Of a DNA stretch of 64,000 nt, positions 27,484 to 37,811 are shown one piece after another. The DNA is taken from assembly GCA_964436255.1 (NCBI GenBank), contig CAYTBW010000004.1, forward strand, positions 2,685 through 66,684, written 5' to 3'. Under the pieces are notes generated by a model that did not search any database, was not told the DNA's origin, and was given only the letters and a program-made list of their open reading frames with translations. How positions within the stretch are numbered: position 1 is the stretch's first letter; each line of letters begins with the position of its first letter. The stretch comes from an uncultured Candidatus Saccharibacteria bacterium (lineage in GTDB: Bacteria > Patescibacteriota > Saccharimonadia > CAILAD01 > JADZBC01). Made by a program: the position numbers and the translations under genes.

Positions 27484-29772
27484 TTGGGTATAATGATATC
27501 TATGCATAAGAACAGACTACTGGCGTATGTAATAACGTTAACTTCAATATTGGTAATTGCGGCGACCTTCATAGGGGCATTCACGAGCAATCAGACAGAG
27601 CCGCTAGCAATTGTATGGCGGCCATACATACTTATCCCCCTTTTCTCCGTGGCAGTAAACATTTACCTCCTATACCTTATCCATAAGAGGAGAAAGTCAA
27701 TAAAAGCAGCGCCGTGGATAGGTCTTTTCGTCCTAGGAACACTTGCATGGTCGCTGACAGACCTTGCCTCGTTTGCGGCGGCCAATCAATACACGGCGCT
27801 AATAGCCCGTACAGGCATTCCACTTGCTGAACTTATAGGCATCCCCGCCCTCTTGATGTTTGTTATACAGTACACGAGAGAAGAACCCGAGGATTTAACT
27901 GCCCCTTGGTTTCTCATAGTAGCAGCCACGCTTATAACAACGGTTTTCGCCACTGGGAGTGATTTTTTCTTCATTAGAGAAGCGGCCACACTGGTGCCTC
28001 GAATTTGGGGTTTCGAAATTAAGCTAGGGGAACTTGGGGTGCTCTATCTAGTGTGGTTCCAAGTCTTCACAATAATTATCGCCGGGATACTTATCAGATA
28101 CTACGCAAGGGAGAGAAAGGGTAGAAAAGCTCGGCAAGCTAAATATCTACTTTTGGGAATATTCATACCTATTATAGGCACTACAGTAACGAATGTCCTG
28201 CCCGCATGGTTAGGCTTGCCATTTTATTTGCCTTTAGACAGCCTATTCTTCACTATCATGGGTGTTGTTATGTGCTACGGCATTATCCGTTATAGTCTAT
28301 TTAGTATCAACCCCGCTTCAATCGCCACGAACATCTTAGAAACTATGGCTGAAACGGTGATTGTAGTGGACCCGCAATTCGAACTTGAGTATGCAAATGC
28401 AAACGCTGAGAAGGTTTTTGGGATCAGTAGTAAATCAGCTGCTCGCAATAAAATTGATCGATTCTTTGCGCCTCAGTATTTTTCCCGTATCAAACAATAC
28501 CTAGTTGAAGACCCTCTTCTAAAGACCCCTCGAAAGTTCGAAAACCTTGTGGCAGTCGCACAAGGTACCCACCACATAACACCGGTAGATCTAGCGCTCA
28601 GCTCTATATTGGATGAAAAGGGTAAACTTGCTGGCTATGTATTTGTTATGACCGACATATCCGACCTCAAGCGTGCGTATGCTCAGCTTGCCGAAGAGGA
28701 GCGAAAAATTGAAAAGAAGGTTATCGAGCGGACCGAGCAGCTATACACCGAGCATGCAAAATTAGAAGCGTCTATTGCCAGTTTGCCTGTAGGATTCATA
28801 ATGCTTGATGAGAATATGAAGGTACTGGAGCTCAATAAGGTCGCGCAAGATCTCTTTGAAATTAAAACAAAAACTGGCAAGGCAGTTGAGGCAGTGCTCC
28901 ATAAGCTTGGCGTAAGGGATCAGTTCGAACGAGTCCATGCAGAATGCGAACTTGCCGATATACCCGAACTATTACTAGACAAGAGAACGCTACACCTGAT
29001 CATATCCCCTATTATAGGTAGTAGGAATGACTGCATTGGCAGTGTACTACTTATTGAAGATATCACTAAGCAAAAACTTGCCGAAAAGGAACGTAATGAA
29101 TTCATTGTTACTGCATCACACGAAATGCGAACGCCTCTTACTATTGTTCAAGGGAACCTTGCTAACGCCCTAGACCCAGATATAGCCAAGCTCGATAAGG
29201 ACACCAAGCCCCTCGTACAACAGGCTTACGATTCGACCGCACAACTCGCCGAGCTGTTCACTGACATTATGACCGTCTCAGAAATTGATAATGGCACAGC
29301 GCCGCACTATGAGAACAAGACTGAGTTTGATTATGTAACGGTGATTGACGACGTAATCCGCAGGGTTCGACCAAAGGCGGATGCCAAGAAGCTTGCTCTA
29401 AGCTTCAGTGGGCACGAAAAGAAGATCAACCTAAAAGGCGACCCTAATGAAGTCAAGCAAATCATCACCAAGCTTGCGGACAACGCGATTAAATACACAA
29501 CTAAAGGCTATGTCAGCCTTGAGCTGAAGGAGCACGGCAAGTGGGTGCTGCTTAGTGTCACTGACACGGGAACGGGCATAGAGACCGCTGACCGCAAAAG
29601 ACTCTTCAAAAAATTTGCCCGCCTCGACAACTCCCTGACGCGCGAAATCGGCGGAACTGGCCTAGGCCTCTACATTGCTCAGAGCCTAGCCGCGCGAAAT
29701 AATGGCGAGGTTATCCTCGAACACTCGACCAAGAAGGGCAGTGTATTCACACTAAAGCTACCACTTAAGTAG
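27484..29772 (+). CDS. sensor histidine kinase (multi-TM sensor, PAS, HisKA, HATPase_c); no cognate response regulator nearby
   Basis: 762 aa; H-box ASHEMRTPL; ATP lid GGTGLGLYIA. Confidence 0.8.
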   Translation: MGIMISMHKNRLLAYVITLTSILVIAATFIGAFTSNQTEPLAIVWRPYILIPLFSVAVNIYLLYLIHKRRKSIKAAPWIGLFVLGTLAWSLTDLASFAAANQYTALIARTGIPLAELIGIPALLMFVIQYTREEPEDLTAPWFLIVAATLITTVFATGSDFFFIREAATLVPRIWGFEIKLGELGVLYLVWFQVFTIIIAGILIRYYARERKGRKARQAKYLLLGIFIPIIGTTVTNVLPAWLGLPFYLPLDSLFFTIMGVVMCYGIIRYSLFSINPASIATNILETMAETVIVVDPQFELEYANANAEKVFGISSKSAARNKIDRFFAPQYFSRIKQYLVEDPLLKTPRKFENLVAVAQGTHHITPVDLALSSILDEKGKLAGYVFVMTDISDLKRAYAQLAEEERKIEKKVIERTEQLYTEHAKLEASIASLPVGFIMLDENMKVLELNKVAQDLFEIKTKTGKAVEAVLHKLGVRDQFERVHAECELADIPELLLDKRTLHLIISPIIGSRNDCIGSVLLIEDITKQKLAEKERNEFIVTASHEMRTPLTIVQGNLANALDPDIAKLDKDTKPLVQQAYDSTAQLAELFTDIMTVSEIDNGTAPHYENKTEFDYVTVIDDVIRRVRPKADAKKLALSFSGHEKKINLKGDPNEVKQIITKLADNAIKYTTKGYVSLELKEHGKWVLLSVTDTGTGIETADRKRLFKKFARLDNSLTREIGGTGLGLYIAQSLAARNNGEVILEHSTKKGSVFTLKLPLK

Positions 29773-30976
29773 GGCTATAGTATCTCGTTAGAAAGTCCTG
29801 CTTCAGCCTAAAAAAGCTACCATCGATAAGCGACGCCCGAATATCTGCCACGAGCTGAGTTATAAAATGAAGGTTGTGGATCGAAAGCAACGTAGCCGAG
29901 AGCATCTCTTCTGCTCGCACTAAATGAGAGAGGTATGCCAGGCTATAATTCTGACACGTATAGCATTCACAGCCCTCTATAATCGGTCCCGCCATACGCA
30001 TATACTTTGTATTACTCAAGTTGACTCGCCCATCCCTGGTATATACGGCGCTATTACGGGCGACCCTTGTAGGGCTCACGCAGTCAAAGGTGTCGATGCC
30101 ATTCTCTATTCCCTCGAACAGGTCAATCGGCTCGCCGATACCAAGCAGATGACGCGGCTTGTCTTTAGGCAGCGTTTCACAAACCCAACGCACAGCGGTA
30201 GGCATATCGTCCTTATTAAATGACCCGCCGATACCAAAGCCGTCAAAATCCATACCGCCAATCACCTCGGCTGAGTGCTTGCGTAAATCCTCGTGACGGC
30301 CGCCCTGCACAATGCCAAACAGTGCTTGCGGTGTGGCCTGTGGGCTGCTCGCGCCTAGCTTGCGGTGTTCGGCAAGGCTCCTTGCCGCCCAAGCATGAGT
30401 TCGCTCAAGCGCCTGCTTTTGGTATTCGTAATCGGCTTGGGGGGAAGTGCATTCGTCAAAAGCAAAGATGATGTCCGCGCCCAAATCATGCTGGATCTGC
30501 ATAGACTTTTCTGGTGTTAAGCGGTGCTTGCTCCCATCAATGTGGGAATGGAAGGTTACGCCCTCATCACCGATCTTCATGAGCTGCTTTCCACTTGGGC
30601 GCTTGTCGGGCTGCACTGTATCGTCTCCGCTCGCTACCTTGCTCACGCCCTTGCCATACGCCTCGCCAAGCGAGAATACCTGAAACCCACCAGAGTCGGT
30701 GAAGATTGGGCCGCCCCAATTCATAAACTTGTGCAAGCCACCCATATCGCGCACTATGTCGCTGCCTGGCTTAAGGTAAAGATGATAGGTGTTTGCCAGG
30801 ACGGCCTGGGAACCCAGGTCCTTAACCTGCTCCGGGGCAACTGCCTTAACCGTCGCCTTGGTACCGACAGTTATAAAGGCAGGTGTCTGGATAGTACCGT
30901 GCGGCGTAATAATTTCGCCGGCACGTGCTAATGTGCCGTCCAACTCGCTATGTATGTTAAAGCCAAAATCCTTCAT
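29765..30976 (-). CDS. tgt: queuine tRNA-ribosyltransferase
   Basis: 403 aa; TGT family, zinc site CxCxxC...H (CECYTC). Confidence 0.9.
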   Translation of the reverse strand: MKDFGFNIHSELDGTLARAGEIITPHGTIQTPAFITVGTKATVKAVAPEQVKDLGSQAVLANTYHLYLKPGSDIVRDMGGLHKFMNWGGPIFTDSGGFQVFSLGEAYGKGVSKVASGDDTVQPDKRPSGKQLMKIGDEGVTFHSHIDGSKHRLTPEKSMQIQHDLGADIIFAFDECTSPQADYEYQKQALERTHAWAARSLAEHRKLGASSPQATPQALFGIVQGGRHEDLRKHSAEVIGGMDFDGFGIGGSFNKDDMPTAVRWVCETLPKDKPRHLLGIGEPIDLFEGIENGIDTFDCVSPTRVARNSAVYTRDGRVNLSNTKYMRMAGPIIEGCECYTCQNYSLAYLSHLVRAEEMLSATLLSIHNLHFITQLVADIRASLIDGSFFRLKQDFLTRYYSPT

Positions 30977-30980
30977 AGCA

Positions 30981-32012
30981 CTATGTTATCAGCATACTGT
31001 CGCCATAGCTAAGGAATGCATACCCTTCGTCTAGAGCATGAGTGTAAGCCGCCATGAGCTGATCCCAGCCCGCAAAGGCCGCGGCGAGCATTAGTACCGT
31101 GCTTTTCGGTGCATGGAAGTTAGTTAGCAATGCATCAACCACTCTAAAGTCATAGCCCGGGTAAATGAATATGTCGGCTTCGCCGGTCAAACTCTTTGGT
31201 TCTGAACTATCCAGAAGGTCGTCGCCTACGAACTCGAGCGTCCGTGCCACAGTCGTTCCTAGAGCAACAACACTTTTGCCAGATTGTTTTGCATTACGAA
31301 TTCGCTCCACAGTTTCGACGGGTATTTCAAAGTATTCGCTGTGCATCTTATGCCCCTCTACTTCATTGGACCTGATTGGCAGAAACGTACCGAGGCCGAC
31401 ATGGAGCGTGAGATAACAAATGACCACTCCTTTAGCCATGAGGCTCGCTAATAGCTCCTCTGTCATGTTAAGGGACGCGGTTGGTGCCGCTACAGAACCA
31501 TTTTCCTGGGCGAATACCGTTTGATAGCGTAGTTCGTCGTCGCGAGTAGCATCGCGCTTCATGTAGGGCGGTAAGGGAACCAGTCCTTCGGTATTTGAGA
31601 GCATGTCTAGGTCTTGAGCAGAGTTGATGGTAGCGATACCTCCATCCGCTACCATCTCAACGGTGAGCCTAGTTGGCCCAACGTGCAAAACATCACCAAT
31701 GCTCAAGTGACCACGATACAGAACCTTATGACGATGATTGTCCTCTACCTTGCCGTGTCGTTCTAGCAATACAAGTTCGACTTCCTTGCCAGTGCTGTCA
31801 GTGGCAATAAGCCTCGCCTTGATAACGCGGGTATCGTTCAAAACTAACACGTCACCGGAATTCAACAAATCTGCAAGATCGGCATACCTCTTGTTCCGCA
31901 GGACATTCTGATCCCGCTCAAGCACAAGCAGCCTGGACTCCCCCCTTATAGCCGGGGGGTACTGGGCAATACTTTCCTTGGGTAATATATAACTGTAATC
32001 CGAAATTAGCAT
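30981..32012 (-). CDS. queA: S-adenosylmethionine:tRNA ribosyltransferase-isomerase
   Basis: 343 aa QueA family. Confidence 0.9.
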   Translation of the reverse strand: MLISDYSYILPKESIAQYPPAIRGESRLLVLERDQNVLRNKRYADLADLLNSGDVLVLNDTRVIKARLIATDSTGKEVELVLLERHGKVEDNHRHKVLYRGHLSIGDVLHVGPTRLTVEMVADGGIATINSAQDLDMLSNTEGLVPLPPYMKRDATRDDELRYQTVFAQENGSVAAPTASLNMTEELLASLMAKGVVICYLTLHVGLGTFLPIRSNEVEGHKMHSEYFEIPVETVERIRNAKQSGKSVVALGTTVARTLEFVGDDLLDSSEPKSLTGEADIFIYPGYDFRVVDALLTNFHAPKSTVLMLAAAFAGWDQLMAAYTHALDEGYAFLSYGDSMLIT

Positions 32013-32053
32013 TCAACCATTGTACTTAATTAAGCAGACCATATCCATACGCT

Positions 32054-32079
32054 AATAAACGCCCCGAAAGGCGTTTATT
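32054..32079. terminator. bidirectional hairpin AATAAACGCC-ccgaaa-GGCGTTTATT
   Basis: Perfect 10-bp stem flanked by A/T. Confidence 0.6.
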
Positions 32080-32101
32080 AAGAATCGTAATGGCTATAGA
32101 G

Positions 32102-32503
32102 CTATTCGTGCTCTGCTGCCTCTGCTGCATCGGCATCAGCCTTTGTTTTGTGTACCGTGCCCTCAGGATGGTGCGCTGGTGAGTAGATAGAGTAGACTTT
32201 CAGTGCCTCGCCGCCGGTATTGGTAATATTGTGCCAAATACCTGCAGGTATGATCACAGCCCAGTCGTCTTCTACATCATAACTTTCACTTAAGTTGTCC
32301 TGGCTCTCGCCAAATTCTACCTTCGCCTTGCCCTGCTCGATCCGAATGAACTGGTCATTGTCCGGGTGAACCTCTAGGCCGATTTCACCGCCCACCTCTA
32401 CGCTCATCACGGTTAATTGACTGTGAGCACCTGTAAAAAGCGCGGCCCTAAAATTCTCGTTCTCTAGTGTTGCCTTTTCAATATCTTCAACCCAACCTAG
32501 CAT
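32102..32503 (-). CDS. cupin-domain protein
   Basis: 133 aa; two-His cupin motifs. Confidence 0.65.
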   Translation of the reverse strand: MLGWVEDIEKATLENENFRAALFTGAHSQLTVMSVEVGGEIGLEVHPDNDQFIRIEQGKAKVEFGESQDNLSESYDVEDDWAVIIPAGIWHNITNTGGEALKVYSIYSPAHHPEGTVHKTKADADAAEAAEHE

Positions 32504-32585
32504 ATGGTGTCCTCGTTAACAATTCTATTATACCCCTGTTAGGAGGTGGCGGTAAGAGCCCCCGGTAAGGCCAAGCCAAAGGCTC

Positions 32586-33395
32586 TTACCGGGGGCTATG
32601 ATGCCCAGACGAGTTCGAGGACTCAAGGTCGTCAAACATCTTTTCAACCAAACGCAGTACTGCCCCATGGGAGATGATGGACAAATGATCGGCGATTCCG
32701 TCGACTAGCTGCACTCCATTGCTCCGGCGGAACCCAAGCCTCACGAGCAGAGGATGGAGAACCTTTGGAGCAATCACAATGTTCTCTGCACCCTTCAGTA
32801 CGGATGCAAAGAACGGCAACACGAGCTGGTCAAACAAGCTCATGACGCTGACGATTTCCATCGCCTCCACTTCCTCCACGATTTCCTCGATCGATCGAAG
32901 CTCTCGCAGGAACGGTGAATGTGCCGCCATATTACCAATTGCCGGGAAGGCCTTCAACCAACCTCCGAGGTTCGCCAGGCGTGTGCCGTGATTCGGAGCG
33001 GAAAGCTGTAGGGTTTTGACGGCTCGACTGCCCAGCCGTCGCTTGAGGCCCATGATGTGGCTGCCACCTTGGCTATGCCCGATGAGCACAAACCTTTCCG
33101 CAGGATAATCCTGCAACAACACCGCATGCATTGTATCCAGTGCTGCGTCCATTGGCCCAAGCCCCAATCGCGGGATGGAAAGAATTACAACCGTATACCC
33201 GCGAGTTTCGACTGCGCGCTTGAGGGACCCGTAGACAAACTGGGCGTACCAGTCAGCCACAAAAGTACCAGCGACGATAACGACGACTGTGTTACCCAAG
33301 GGGCAACAACTGCGATGATTCTTCATTGTGCCCCCTTTAGGGAGTAGTAGGAACGGACGCGGATGCGTCATACTTGTTATGATACTCAGATTCAC
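32586..33395 (-). CDS. alpha/beta-hydrolase (lipase/esterase-like)
   Basis: 269 aa; nucleophile elbow GHSQG; start likely internal (MKNHRSC...); 3' end including stop codon sits in a 16-bp hairpin. Confidence 0.6.
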   Translation of the reverse strand: MNLSIITSMTHPRPFLLLPKGGTMKNHRSCCPLGNTVVVIVAGTFVADWYAQFVYGSLKRAVETRGYTVVILSIPRLGLGPMDAALDTMHAVLLQDYPAERFVLIGHSQGGSHIMGLKRRLGSRAVKTLQLSAPNHGTRLANLGGWLKAFPAIGNMAAHSPFLRELRSIEEIVEEVEAMEIVSVMSLFDQLVLPFFASVLKGAENIVIAPKVLHPLLVRLGFRRSNGVQLVDGIADHLSIISHGAVLRLVEKMFDDLESSNSSGHHSPR

Positions 33396-33461
33396 CCAAC
33401 TGGCAAGCAGAATATGAAAAGCCGGCCCACCGGCCGGCTTTTCTAAATCCTTAGCCTAAAT

Positions 33462-33716
33462 CTATAGACCCAGTAACTGCTTCTTCTTAGCATCAAATTC
33501 TTCTTGGGTAATCACTCCTTGGTCCTTCAGCCCAGCCAATTTCTCTAACTCTGCATACGGGTCACTCGCGCTAGCCTGCGGTGCCTCTGCGGGCTGCTGC
33601 TCTGCTTCCTGAGCTGCCCATTTATTAGCCTGACGTCGTGAAACGTTATTCGAAACGTGAGTAGCGGTACCTGCTACTACAGCTGTCCTGGCCATTCCTC
33701 TTAATAATCCTGGCAT
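33462..33716 (-). CDS. SHOCT-domain protein
   Basis: 84 aa; C-terminal LEKLAGLKDQGVITQEEFDAKKKQLLG. Confidence 0.6.
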   Translation of the reverse strand: MPGLLRGMARTAVVAGTATHVSNNVSRRQANKWAAQEAEQQPAEAPQASASDPYAELEKLAGLKDQGVITQEEFDAKKKQLLGL

Positions 33717-33730
33717 AATTTTCTCCTTTC

Positions 33731-34138
33731 TTAACCCTCTAATTCACTAACTGCATCTGGATGGATACGGCCTTCCGCAACCAACACGCCCTTAGCATCA
33801 AGCAAAGCCTTCTTTAGTGGCTTAGCCCATAGTTGCTCGATTACAAGTAGTCCCGCCGTGCAATTATTCTCGACTAAGTCGGCAACTTCATCTATGTCAT
33901 CACTAGCGATGGCTTCGTCGCTTGGCTGGTACTTCTCTACGAAAGCCACCATACTATCATCGCCAGATTCTGCAATGTCGAGCTTAGTCACTGCCCCATC
34001 TGCATCCTTACTTACAACCGCTAGCGCAACTAAACCAATAACGCCTTGTTCAATTGCGTCAGCAAGTGCTTGCATTACGCTTCCATCGAACTTGTTGCCC
34101 TCAAATCCAACAACGATATAATCAATTGGTCCTCTCAT
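33731..34138 (-). CDS. hypothetical acidic protein (DUF, often paired with SHOCT proteins)
   Basis: 135 aa. Confidence 0.45.
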   Translation of the reverse strand: MRGPIDYIVVGFEGNKFDGSVMQALADAIEQGVIGLVALAVVSKDADGAVTKLDIAESGDDSMVAFVEKYQPSDEAIASDDIDEVADLVENNCTAGLLVIEQLWAKPLKKALLDAKGVLVAEGRIHPDAVSELEG

Positions 34139-34203
34139 CTTTTGTCTCCTCTTATCCTTCTATTATACACCCGCGAGTCAACCGAGCGTAGAGAGGGCTA
34201 TGC

Positions 34204-35808
34204 CTAAGCGGCCTTCGGGTCCTTAGCCGGAAGGTTTTTGGTTGCGAGCAATCCAAAGAGACTAAGAACACTCAAGAGCACGAACATACCACTCAGAGCA
34301 GCCTGGCGCGTCTCAGCGTTTATGTCGGTTACTGTCTGGGCTGTGCTCGGAGGCAAATCCGCAACGGCCTTCTCGACATCAGCATCACTCAAAATCTGCG
34401 GTTGAGTCTCAATAGCCACCGTAAGCTGTTCTTTTTGCGCCGCATTTAGATCTGGATTTTGTGCGACGAGGCTCGTACCAACACTAATAAATGTTGCGAC
34501 TATAAGTACGCCGCTGATTGCCGTACCAAAGCTTTGGCCCAGGAATTGGAAAGTAGACATTAGACCGGATGTCTCGGCGGAACTTTTTTCATCTACTGAG
34601 TTCTGAACGGTATTTTGAAGCTGCGATGCAATCATCCCCATACCGGCCCCAAATAACGCTAAGCTTGGCAAGAATGCCCATCCGTCTGGATTTTGGTTAG
34701 CTTTGTAGCCAAGCCAAGCGGAACCGAGGAGCATAGAGATGAAGCCAACGCGTACAATCGTCCTGCTCGAAAACTTACCGGTCATTATGCTACCTCTACT
34801 CGCGAGTAGTAAGATTGCCGCAGACAGTGGCAACATTGTAACGCCCGTCTGTATCGCGTTGTAGCCCAACTGCATCTGTAGGTATAAAGACAAGCCGTAC
34901 ATCACTCCACCGAGCAACATCAGCTGGAAGAATATCGTGCCTGTTCCTGAACGAACGACTTTATTCTTGAAGATAGTCATATCGATAAGAGCTGCTTGTC
35001 CATGCTTTTTGCGGCGATTCTGCCAAGCTGCAAAGAACGCGAGCAAACCAAAGCCCAAAATGGCTAGTAGGACTGTTGGCGACACCCCGCCGACAGGTAT
35101 GACCTCCTGACCGCCGTATACTACGGGCTGTCGAGCGATGAATAGGCCGTACTTACTAGCCTGCAAGATTCCCAGGGTAAGAACACTCAAGCCACTAGCG
35201 GACAGAATGGTGCCAACCCAATCAAACGACGTTACCTTTTCTGTCAAAGCAGAATCTTTTATTACTTTGCCCTTAAGCAAAATGTATATCACTACCAACA
35301 CCTCGCCCAAGAATGCTAAACGCCACGTGGCATAAGTTGTCAGCAGCCCACCGACAATCGGGCCTACTGCCGCACCGATTGCACCGATTGCCGCAACCGT
35401 TGCGTAAGCCTTAACTCGCTTTGGTCCACTCGGATAATTGCTAGCAATGAGCGAAAGCATGGCGGGTATCATTAGCGCTGCGCCCAAGCCTTCTAGTAAT
35501 GACCAGCCGAACAATAGCGATAGGAGGCCTTGGCTAATCGCCGTTATGAACGATCCCGTTCCGTAAATGACTACGCCCAGCATGAATGCCTTTTTGCGGC
35601 CTATCATGTCGCCGATTTTTGCTCCCGGTATCATGAAGGCGGCCATGACAAGTGTGTAAAAAGTAATGGCAGTTTGGATTCCTGTCACCGTCGTGTTTAG
35701 ATCTACCACGAGCGTAGAAATAGACACCGTCATTACTGTCGAATCTAGCGTCAGAATGAACTGTGCCATCGCTAACATTATGAGGATCTTCTTCTCTATT
35801 TTGTTCAT
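34204..35808 (-). CDS. MFS transporter, DHA2-like (14 TM)
   Basis: 534 aa; motif GxxxDxxGRK (GAKIGDMIGRKK). Confidence 0.8.
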   Translation of the reverse strand: MNKIEKKILIMLAMAQFILTLDSTVMTVSISTLVVDLNTTVTGIQTAITFYTLVMAAFMIPGAKIGDMIGRKKAFMLGVVIYGTGSFITAISQGLLSLLFGWSLLEGLGAALMIPAMLSLIASNYPSGPKRVKAYATVAAIGAIGAAVGPIVGGLLTTYATWRLAFLGEVLVVIYILLKGKVIKDSALTEKVTSFDWVGTILSASGLSVLTLGILQASKYGLFIARQPVVYGGQEVIPVGGVSPTVLLAILGFGLLAFFAAWQNRRKKHGQAALIDMTIFKNKVVRSGTGTIFFQLMLLGGVMYGLSLYLQMQLGYNAIQTGVTMLPLSAAILLLASRGSIMTGKFSSRTIVRVGFISMLLGSAWLGYKANQNPDGWAFLPSLALFGAGMGMIASQLQNTVQNSVDEKSSAETSGLMSTFQFLGQSFGTAISGVLIVATFISVGTSLVAQNPDLNAAQKEQLTVAIETQPQILSDADVEKAVADLPPSTAQTVTDINAETRQAALSGMFVLLSVLSLFGLLATKNLPAKDPKAA

Positions 35809-35896
35809 ACTATACCCGATTTATGAACTCATTATAGCACGCGGCCAATATACTACTCCAAACAAAAAAGACTCAACCGAGTCTAGAGATAATACT

Positions 35897-35971
35897 TGGC
35901 TGGGATGGTAGGGGTCGAACCTACGGTCTCCTGCGCCAGAAGCAGGCGCCTTACCACTTGGCCACATCCCA
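35897..35971 (-). tRNA. tRNA-Gln (anticodon CUG)
   Basis: Minus-strand read TGGGATGTGGCCAAGTGGTAAGGCGCCTGCTTCTGGCGCAGGAGACCGTAGGTTCGACCCCTACCATCCCAGCCA; anticodon loop TTCTGGC. Confidence 0.85.
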
Positions 35972-36047
35972 GTATCATTCGCGACCCTGAGGCCACGAGA
36001 CATGAGATATTTTACCTGAAAACCGAGCTGATTTCCAGCCCATCAAA

Positions 36048-36815
36048 CTAAACGGTGCGCCGAAACTTCCATATAGCGAGCGGAACTGACACGGCAAGTA
36101 TGCCGATAGCCCAACCCAGCGTTATCCATACCGATGTTAAGTCTCCACCGAACATGAGCGAGCGCGTGGCATTTACAATCTGCGTAACTGGCTGGTTTCG
36201 TGCAAAAACCTGTAGCCATTCGGGCATACTCTGCACCGGCACAAATACAGAGCTAGCAAAAGTAAGTGGGAATACGAACAGGAAGCCCGCGGTCTGCATT
36301 GCCTCGGCGTTGCGTATGAACAGCCCAAGTGCGCCCATCATCCAGGAGAATGCGTAGCTAAAGAAGGCCATGAGTGCCAATGCTGCTACAACATGAGACG
36401 CAGGGGCTGTGGCATCAAAGCCCATCAGAATTCCCACTCCAAATAGGAGTAACAGAACGAAGATAGTGCGCATATTATCACTCGATGTTCGCGCAGCTAA
36501 CACAGCCGAGCGAATTATCGGCAAGCTACGGAAGCGATCGATCGACCCTCGATCAAGATCTTCGATTAAAGCGATAGGGGTCTGCAGGGTTCCGAATATT
36601 GCCGACTGAGCAATAATGCCGGGCAGAAGAAAGTTTATATATGGCCCACTTGTTGCCACGCCAATAGCTCCACCAAAGACGTAGTTAAATAGTGTTAGGA
36701 ACATAATTGGCTGGATGGAAGAGAACACCACAACTTGAGGCGTACGTTTAAAGCGCATCAAGTTGCGCTTCGTCAGCGTCCAAATATCACTAATTCCGAG
36801 GAGTACGGCCTGCAT
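36048..36815 (-). CDS. ABC-2 type transporter permease
   Basis: 255 aa, 6 TM. Confidence 0.75.
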   Translation of the reverse strand: MQAVLLGISDIWTLTKRNLMRFKRTPQVVVFSSIQPIMFLTLFNYVFGGAIGVATSGPYINFLLPGIIAQSAIFGTLQTPIALIEDLDRGSIDRFRSLPIIRSAVLAARTSSDNMRTIFVLLLLFGVGILMGFDATAPASHVVAALALMAFFSYAFSWMMGALGLFIRNAEAMQTAGFLFVFPLTFASSVFVPVQSMPEWLQVFARNQPVTQIVNATRSLMFGGDLTSVWITLGWAIGILAVSVPLAIWKFRRTV

Positions 36816-37762
36816 TACTTCTTCCCCTTCTTGCCAGTTACTGCCAAGAACACGTCATCCAAGCTTGGCCTGTGAACAGAAACGTCACGAATCTTTATCT
36901 TGGCTTCACCGAAAGCAGCCACAACTTTAAGCAATGTCTCGGTGCCCTTGGCCGCTCGAATGCTAATTGAGCGCGTCATCTCGTCGATCTTTGGCTGGGA
37001 TTTTGTAAGCGTCATCATAAGATCTATCGCCTTATCTTGGTCGGCTGGAGCAACGTGCACCTCTACCACATCGCGACCCAAGCTTGCCTTCAGCTGATTA
37101 GCTGTTCCCTGCTGCACTACCTTCCCCCGATCGATGATACTAATATAATCACAGAGCGCATCGGCTTCTTCCAAGTATTGAGTGGTTAGTAACAGTGTAC
37201 GACCCTCGTCAACGAGCTCGCGAATAATTTCCCAGAGCTCTTGGCGTGTGCGCGGATCCAGCCCAGTCGTTGGTTCATCCATAAATATAATCTCTGGCTT
37301 ACCAACCAGGCTTGCACCGAGATCTAATCTGCGGCGCATGCCCCCAGAATAGGTTTTTGCTGGGCGGTCCGCTGCGTCAACTAGGCTCAGGCGCTCCAAC
37401 AGCTCCTCGGTTCGCTTTTTTGCCTCCTTTTTGGGCACGTGGTATAGCCGCGCCACCATCATAAGTGTCTCGCGACCAGTTAAGAAATCATCAACAGCTG
37501 CAAATTGTCCTGCAAGACCTATCATGCGTCGCACTTCGTCCTGTTTAGTGCTTAAATCAAGGCCATTGATGGTAATCTTCCCGCTGTCAGTGTCTATGAG
37601 TGTGGCAAGTGCACGAACGAGCGTAGTCTTTCCCGCGCCATTAGGCCCGAGCAGTCCGTAGATCTTTCCCTTTTCGACTTCAATACTAACGCCGTTCAGG
37701 GCCTTAACTTTTCCGAATGATTTCTTAACATTTTTTACCGATATCACGCTTGCCATAGACAC
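36815..37762 (-). CDS. ABC transporter ATP-binding protein (DrrA-like)
   Basis: 315 aa; Walker A GPNGAGKTT, signature SGGMRRRL. Confidence 0.85.
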   Translation of the reverse strand: MSMASVISVKNVKKSFGKVKALNGVSIEVEKGKIYGLLGPNGAGKTTLVRALATLIDTDSGKITINGLDLSTKQDEVRRMIGLAGQFAAVDDFLTGRETLMMVARLYHVPKKEAKKRTEELLERLSLVDAADRPAKTYSGGMRRRLDLGASLVGKPEIIFMDEPTTGLDPRTRQELWEIIRELVDEGRTLLLTTQYLEEADALCDYISIIDRGKVVQQGTANQLKASLGRDVVEVHVAPADQDKAIDLMMTLTKSQPKIDEMTRSISIRAAKGTETLLKVVAAFGEAKIKIRDVSVHRPSLDDVFLAVTGKKGKK

Positions 37763-37811
37763 CTATACTACCAAATATATAGCGAAGCGGCAAGAATAAC
37801 AGTGTCTTAGG

